DNA of 64,000 bases. Origin: an uncultured Actinomycetes bacterium. Its GTDB lineage: Bacteria; Actinomycetota; Actinomycetes; Streptosporangiales; Streptosporangiaceae. The translations under genes were made by a program, and so were the position numbers. This document shows, piece after piece, positions 58,639-64,000 of the stretch. Location of the stretch: positions 1-64,000 of the forward strand of contig CAVRHH010000024.1 of the NCBI GenBank assembly GCA_963720945.1, written 5' to 3'. The stretch's first letter is position 1. Each line of letters opens with the position of its first letter. A model generated the notes under the pieces. The model saw only the letters and a list, made by a program, of their open reading frames with translations, did no database searches and had not been told where the DNA came from.

Positions 58639-59961
58639 CTAGGGTCTCCATCTCGCAGGCCTGGCAGCGTGGCGCGGCGCAGGACGCCCAGAGGGCGACA
58701 ACCTATAGGCCGCGATTGGCGTATTAATCCCCGGCTGGTGTGCTGCCCTGACGTGAAGGAAAAGGTCCGCGATCGTCGACAGAGCGACAGCCGCGAAGTT
58801 CGCAAAAAACAGGACCGAGTACCGCAGCGAAGAACCGGTCAGCGGGCCGGAATCCCACTGCGTGTGAAACAAGGCCAGCCACCAGAGCGCAAGCAAAGCC
58901 GCCACCATGGCTACCAGGCCGCTGAACCGGGGTACGGCAAGCCACCGGGATCCCCATATCCAGAACAGTGGCAGCAGGTACAGCGTATAAGCGCTGTGCG
59001 ACACGGGGAGAATAAGCACGACGCAGCCGGCCACGTGCCAGAATCCCAGGGCCGAGTTCTCTCCCCAGCGCAGGCCCAGCACCAGCAAGCCCAGCACAAG
59101 TGCCGCGAGCGTGAAGGTCACCGCGGCCTGCACGGGGGATGAGACGAATAGCGGCCGGGCCAATCCACTGCGGGAGAAAAGGATCTTCGGTACACCCCAG
59201 ACCGAATAACTGACAAGCTGCTGGGATCGTGCGTCCACGGTGACCCTGAAAAAGTCCATGAGCCCGGGTATGCCCCCGGTAGCAAGCGCGAGGACCGGGC
59301 CTACCGTGAGCGTGGCCACCAGCCCGGCGAGCGCGCGCAGGCGGCCTCGGTAACCTCGCCGGAAAAACGCCAATGCGATGATGGTCGGCCACGTCTTTAT
59401 CAGCCCGCCCACGCCGGTCAGCATCCCGGCTGCGGCGGGCCAGCCAGACGCTGCGGCCAGTACTGCCGCGGCCAGGAATACCAGGACGAAGGCATCGGCC
59501 TGCCCATTCGAGAGCTCTGCCTCCGTCGGCATAAACACCAGGACTGTAAACGAGGCGAAGCCAAAGAAGACTGGCTGCCGCCAGGATGGCAGGTACGGTG
59601 CTCCCGTCATCGTCACGAGGACGGCGAAGAGCACAAGGAAGGCGATGGCCAGGGCCGTGTACACGTGCCACACGTGGACGGTCGCCGCAGCGGAGAACGG
59701 GATCAGGACCACCGCCAGCAGGGGCGAGTACACGTACCCGAAACCTTTGGATATATCGCTGAAGCTGTAAAGGCCGCGGCCCGCTGATAGTTGCCGCGCC
59801 CCCTGCAAGTAGGTCCAGAAATCGCCGCCATTCCCCGAAGGTCCCGCGGGTACGACATTCTCCAGCAGGCTGTAACGCCAGTAAGCCAGGGCCCCGGTGG
59901 CAGAGATGGCAAGAAGCCATAGCAGGCGGCAGCCCACTCGGGCCATCTTCACTCTGGTCAC
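58639..59961 (-). CDS. DUF2029/GT87-like polytopic membrane glycosyltransferase (polyprenol-phosphate-sugar dependent)
   Basis: 440 aa, about 11 TM helices, conserved N-terminal GDFWTYLQGARQL region typical of the DUF2029 mannosyltransferase-like family. Confidence 0.55.
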   Translation of the reverse strand: MTRVKMARVGCRLLWLLAISATGALAYWRYSLLENVVPAGPSGNGGDFWTYLQGARQLSAGRGLYSFSDISKGFGYVYSPLLAVVLIPFSAAATVHVWHVYTALAIAFLVLFAVLVTMTGAPYLPSWRQPVFFGFASFTVLVFMPTEAELSNGQADAFVLVFLAAAVLAAASGWPAAAGMLTGVGGLIKTWPTIIALAFFRRGYRGRLRALAGLVATLTVGPVLALATGGIPGLMDFFRVTVDARSQQLVSYSVWGVPKILFSRSGLARPLFVSSPVQAAVTFTLAALVLGLLVLGLRWGENSALGFWHVAGCVVLILPVSHSAYTLYLLPLFWIWGSRWLAVPRFSGLVAMVAALLALWWLALFHTQWDSGPLTGSSLRYSVLFFANFAAVALSTIADLFLHVRAAHQPGINTPIAAYRLSPSGRPAPRHAARPARWRP

Positions 59962-59990
59962 TGCCTGCCCCCGGGTTCCGGCCAGGATTA

Positions 59991-60740
59991 TTATGCTCGG
60001 CCGGCCATACGCGACGGTTTATTCGCCAGCAACGACTGCACCGTGTTTTTCAGCCACAGCTGTTCCGGCGAATCGCCGTCACGGATAAAGGTACGCCTGA
60101 TCGCGTACTGCCCAGTAAACTGCGTTTCCGAGATGGCGCAGGCGTAATCGTAGCCCGCCGCTTCTACCGCCTTGACCGTACGCTCATCGAGATGGCCATA
60201 CGGATAACAGAAGCCAGTGATCTCCTGGCCGGTGATCTCCTGAAGTATGCGCCGGCTCTCGTGAATTTCACTGGCCAGCTCGGCGTCGCCGACGGAAGGG
60301 AGCGACACATGATGCATCCCGTGCGAGCCAATCTCGACTCCTGCTGACGCCACCTCGCGCAGTTGGTCCGCGGTCAGCAGGGCTTTACGAGTCCCCTCGC
60401 GATCCCACTCATTGCTTCCCGCGAGCCTTCCGGCGATCATAAACAGCGTGGCCGTGAACCCGTAGCGCTGCAAGACCGGCAGTGCGTTCTCGGCGAAGTC
60501 AGCGTATCCGTCATCAAATGTGAGGCCCACGAGGCGCTTCTGGGAACCCTGCTGCCACGCGTGCAGCAAATTGCTGACCGATGTCCCCGTACGGCCGAGA
60601 CGACGTAGCGACCGTAGTTGCTTCCGGAAGCGCTCCGGGCGCACCGTTAGCTCATATGGGTCATCGTGACGGGGCGCCACGGAGTGATACATCAAAGGCG
60701 CAATTTCCGTGTATACCGCTTCGTTCAAGTCCTTGGCCAC
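59991..60740 (-). CDS. Polysaccharide deacetylase (CE4, NodB homology domain)
   Basis: TFDDGY motif 1, HGMHH motif. 249 aa. Confidence 0.85.
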   Translation of the reverse strand: MAKDLNEAVYTEIAPLMYHSVAPRHDDPYELTVRPERFRKQLRSLRRLGRTGTSVSNLLHAWQQGSQKRLVGLTFDDGYADFAENALPVLQRYGFTATLFMIAGRLAGSNEWDREGTRKALLTADQLREVASAGVEIGSHGMHHVSLPSVGDAELASEIHESRRILQEITGQEITGFCYPYGHLDERTVKAVEAAGYDYACAISETQFTGQYAIRRTFIRDGDSPEQLWLKNTVQSLLANKPSRMAGRA

Positions 60741-60753
60741 CTAGATATCTTAA

Positions 60754-62037
60754 TTAAAGATGTGACGAGGCGCTGGCTGCCCGGCGTGCAGCCCGGCGGT
60801 AAGACAGTGCGCCGATCAGGGCCCCCCGGGCCTCGATGAGCACCAGCCGCCGGCCGCCCACCCGCATCTGGCCGGCCCGCGAAGCGTTCCGCGTGCGACG
60901 CAGCATGGCGGTTGCGTGACGGAGCGCGCGGGTAAGCAGCACGACTGGCATCTGTCCGCTGAGCAGATGCTTACCCAGGTAGGCGCCCAGTCCGTGGCCG
61001 TAGGAGTAGATCTGCTCCGCCAGCGCGTCCTCGTCCGAGCGGTGCCGGTGCCAGACCAGGGATGACGGCAGGTAACAGATTCGGCCGCCGGCCAGGATGA
61101 TGCGGAGGAACATATCCAGATCCTCGCCACCCCGGCCGGGCCCACCTACGCCCAGTATGGGGTCGAAGTCGCCGAGTTCCTTTACGGCGCTGCGGCGGAT
61201 CGCGAAGTTGGCGCCGGTCCCGAAAACTCCGGCATTGAAAGGGTAAAGCGCCGAAGAATGACGATGAGCGGCGAGATCGTAACGGCGGGGCTCAAAGGCT
61301 TCGCCCCATGAGTATCGCGAATCGAAGTAGCGCTCCGCGCCGGTGTTCAGCGAGCTCGAAGCGACCAGGCCCGTCACGCACACTGTCCCGGGATCAGCCG
61401 CGAACCCAGCAGCGACGGCGGCGAGCCAGCCAGGATCGACCCGCACGTCATCGTCGGTGAAACAGATCAGATCGAACTGTGCTCGCGCCAGCCCGTGATT
61501 ACGGGCGCGGGACAGACCAGGTTCGGGCTCGCATGTGTACTGTATCCGTGCGTCCGCTTGGGCCAGGCTCGTCACGAGCTCACGCGTCTCATCGCTCGTC
61601 GGCGCGTTATCGACAACGAGGATCTCGAGTGGTTCATAATTGATCTGCTGGATTGACCGCAGGCACTTGTGCAGGCCTTCTGCCCGGTCCCTGGTGCAGA
61701 TGATGACCGTCACGCCCGGGCCACCGGACGCAAAGCGGTCTGGGCAGGACACGGAAGCCATCCATCCGGCTGATTCCTGCGTATCCAGAGCCGCCTTATC
61801 GAGCTCTTCATGGCGCCGTAGCGGCGCCGCAAGCGTTTTCTCGGCGACACTAATGGCCCGGGCGGTCAGGCTTTCCGCCGGCGCGGCTGGGAGCTCGATA
61901 TACCCGATCGGCGCATGGTGCATACGTACCAGTACCCGGGCCATACCATGCTGCTCACTGAGCGGTCCGCTCATGCCACGGACGGGCCCAGAATCGTCCA
62001 GATCCAAGAGGCTGACCCAGATGCTAGCTTCTGTCAT
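60754..62037 (-). CDS. Family 2 glycosyltransferase (soluble type with ~100-aa N-terminal extension)
   Basis: VTVIICTRDRAEGL...DDDVRVDP DxD motif region. Confidence 0.8.
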   Translation of the reverse strand: MTEASIWVSLLDLDDSGPVRGMSGPLSEQHGMARVLVRMHHAPIGYIELPAAPAESLTARAISVAEKTLAAPLRRHEELDKAALDTQESAGWMASVSCPDRFASGGPGVTVIICTRDRAEGLHKCLRSIQQINYEPLEILVVDNAPTSDETRELVTSLAQADARIQYTCEPEPGLSRARNHGLARAQFDLICFTDDDVRVDPGWLAAVAAGFAADPGTVCVTGLVASSSLNTGAERYFDSRYSWGEAFEPRRYDLAAHRHSSALYPFNAGVFGTGANFAIRRSAVKELGDFDPILGVGGPGRGGEDLDMFLRIILAGGRICYLPSSLVWHRHRSDEDALAEQIYSYGHGLGAYLGKHLLSGQMPVVLLTRALRHATAMLRRTRNASRAGQMRVGGRRLVLIEARGALIGALSYRRAARRAASASSHL

Positions 62038-62491
62038 TGTGCTCCTGCCCGGCTGGTGGCAATGGACGTCGGCCGGTTATGAGAAGTCATGCAAGGTGTG
62101 CTGGGAGCAAGGTAGCAAGCTTTTCTGCTGGTCATCGGGGAACAACCAAAAATTCTCAAGCTCTCGGTGATAGGCCCGTTACGGAACGTAAACCCGCCCG
62201 GGTGCAGTTCGTTAATCCCGCGCCGGTGGCCACCTGGATAGCCATTCATGTACGTAGGGTAAAGATTCCCTCAATCATTGTGACGCACTGTGACGGCACT
62301 GACAATTTACCGTAAAGCACAGTTTGATCCAAAAGCACAGTCGGCCGCGTATCGCCACGATAGTGTGGGCCCTCAGGCGCATCCGGTGACGCCCGCAGCT
62401 CGGGCTTGCCCCGGCGCGGTGCGGCTGCCGTTGCGAGCTGATGGCACATCTGGTGGTCGCACAGGTAGTCGGCCAGAGGTGAACGGCCGCC

Positions 62492-63613
62492 TTGATTATG
62501 CGTCATCGAGACCTCGTCGATGAACTCAGACGACGCAGCCCCGAGACTGGACGGAGGGCGTTGGTGAAGCCCCTTGCGCGAGGCTGTTCTGGTGTGACCG
62601 TGGTCATCTGCTGCTACACAGAGCAACGATGGGAGCAAACCTGCGCCGCGGTTAAGTCTGCCTTGAGCCAGGATCCTGCACCCGCGCAGGTGCTTCTGGT
62701 GGTCGACCACAACGCCGCGCTGGCGGCACGCGCCAGGCGTGAGCTCACCGACGTGACGGTGCTGGAAAACGAGGGGCCTACCGGGCTATCCGGCGCCCGC
62801 AACACAGGCCTGCGGGCGGCGACTCAGCCCATCACGGCCTTCCTGGATGACGACGCCGAGGCGTGGCCGGGCTGGATGGCGGCTCTCGTCGAGCCTTACG
62901 CGCGCGCCAATGTGGTAGCCACCGGCGGTGGTGTGCACCCCGTATGGCCCGAGCAGGCGCCGCGCTGGCTGCCAGCAGAGTTCTACTGGGTTGTGGGCTG
63001 CAGTTACCTGGGGCTACCGGAGTCGGGGGGCGAGATACGCAATCCGATCGGCGCCAACATGAGCATGCTCACCCGCCTGGCTCTCGAAGCCGGCGGCTTC
63101 GACGAGGGAATAGGGCGGCTGGGCGGCAATACACGAGGCTGCGAAGAGACCGAGCTTTCCATCCGGCTGACCGCCCGATCGCCCGGATCAGCCGTCATGT
63201 ACGTACCCACCGCGGCGGTGGACCATCACGTGACCCAGGACCGTCTGAAGCTGGGCTACTTCATCAGCCGCTGCTGGCATGAGGGCCGCTCCAAGGCCGA
63301 CGTGGTACGGCTGGCCGGCTCCGGCCCGGGTCTGGAACGGGAACGGCGGCAAGCTGTGCTGGTCATTCCCGCGGCCTTGCTCCGGGAGCTGCGCCGCCTG
63401 CTCACCGGCGATGTGGCCGCACCGGCCAGGATGACGGCGAACCTGGCCGGGCTCGCGAGCGCGGCGGCCGGATATTTCACCGGACGGGCCCGCCAAGCCG
63501 TCCAGCGTCAGGGCCCGGCTCTCCCTCAGGACACGACAGGTCCTGAGGGAGATAGTCATGCAGAGGAGCTGCCGGCCACGACTGACCGCGGGGCGGCTTC
63601 GCGGCGGAGCTGA
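62492..63613 (+). CDS. Family 2 glycosyltransferase
   Basis: VTVVICCYTEQRWEQ...LDDDAEAWPGW. Confidence 0.8.
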   Translation: MIMRHRDLVDELRRRSPETGRRALVKPLARGCSGVTVVICCYTEQRWEQTCAAVKSALSQDPAPAQVLLVVDHNAALAARARRELTDVTVLENEGPTGLSGARNTGLRAATQPITAFLDDDAEAWPGWMAALVEPYARANVVATGGGVHPVWPEQAPRWLPAEFYWVVGCSYLGLPESGGEIRNPIGANMSMLTRLALEAGGFDEGIGRLGGNTRGCEETELSIRLTARSPGSAVMYVPTAAVDHHVTQDRLKLGYFISRCWHEGRSKADVVRLAGSGPGLERERRQAVLVIPAALLRELRRLLTGDVAAPARMTANLAGLASAAAGYFTGRARQAVQRQGPALPQDTTGPEGDSHAEELPATTDRGAASRRS

Positions 63614-64000
63614 CGCCGGCTCTTGAAGTACAGCCACGGCCCGAGCGCCATGCCGCGGAACTCCCGTTTGGCCAGGCCGGCCGGGAGGACAGGATTGTCC
63701 TTCGTCCGGTCGCCGATAGCCGAGACGCGGATCGCCCCGGCGACGATCTTGGCCGGTAGTTCGCGTCTTGCCTTCCCGCTACGCAGCAGGAGAGCGGTGA
63801 GCGCGGCCGTACAGCCGGAACCGTAGGCCAGCATCTGACGGGACAGGTCGTGCAGGTTGTCGCGATGGTCGTGCCAGATGATCGCTGACGGCTCATAGAC
63901 AAGACGGTGGCCGGACAGAACCGTGCGCACGAACACGTCAAGGTCTTCCCCGCCGCCGCTGGGCGTCCCGGCGCCGAGCGCCTCGTCGAAGCCGCCCAGC
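63556..64000 (-). CDS. Family 2 glycosyltransferase, C-terminal part (gene continues beyond the window end)
   Basis: ...IIWHDHRDNLHDLSRQMLAYGSG... matches the C-terminal region of the other two GT2 genes. The N-terminus lies outside the window. Confidence 0.55.
   Translation of the reverse strand, partial: LGGFDEALGAGTPSGGGEDLDVFVRTVLSGHRLVYEPSAIIWHDHRDNLHDLSRQMLAYGSGCTAALTALLLRSGKARRELPAKIVAGAIRVSAIGDRTKDNPVLPAGLAKREFRGMALGPWLYFKSRRQLRREAAPRSVVAGSSSA

Overview
This is a high-GC actinobacterial chromosomal segment, likely from a mycothiol-producing actinomycete. Supporting this are a mycothiol-dependent formaldehyde dehydrogenase homologue, a DinB_2/DUF664 protein, a DUF222-HNH (REP13E12-like) element and a DyP-encapsulin pair. 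The window is mostly housekeeping and accessory metabolism. Recognisable genes include proS, glgC-glgA, a sodium:solute symporter with its DUF3311 partner, P450, MSOX-like oxidase, beta-carbonic anhydrase, L,D-transpeptidase, a flotillin/NfeD pair, an HtrA-like protease and a LysM/SLT hydrolase. Regulators include TetR, ArsR, IclR, three ECF-type sigma factors and a GGDEF protein. The most system-like content has four parts. First, at ~53.2-64 kb there is a glycoconjugate cluster: a Wzx-like flippase, a GT4 and three GT2 glycosyltransferases, a GT87-like membrane protein, a CE4 deacetylase, and an unusual dedicated ACP plus LpxL/PatA-family acyltransferase cassette. That cassette is flanked by an internally deleted second copy of the GT4 gene. 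Second, there is an ECF sigma factor fused in frame to a zf-HC2 anti-sigma module, a TM helix and a long Gly/Thr/Ala-repeat exodomain. Third, there is a family-1 encapsulin operon with a DyP peroxidase cargo carrying a C-terminal targeting peptide; this is a known system type. Fourth, there is a Tyr/Gly/Pro-rich disordered-domain membrane protein. Four genes (GGDEF cyclase, HtrA-like protease, DUF222-HNH, the Y/G-rich protein) are split by apparent frameshifts. A ~2 kb stretch at 40.7-42.6 kb holds only fragments of unrelated genes, and an integrase fragment and a transposase fragment lie near the 5' end. These point either to indel errors in the assembly or to ongoing gene decay. No rRNA, tRNA or CRISPR was seen. 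Many long six-frame ORFs are antisense artefacts of the GC-rich composition and were rejected.
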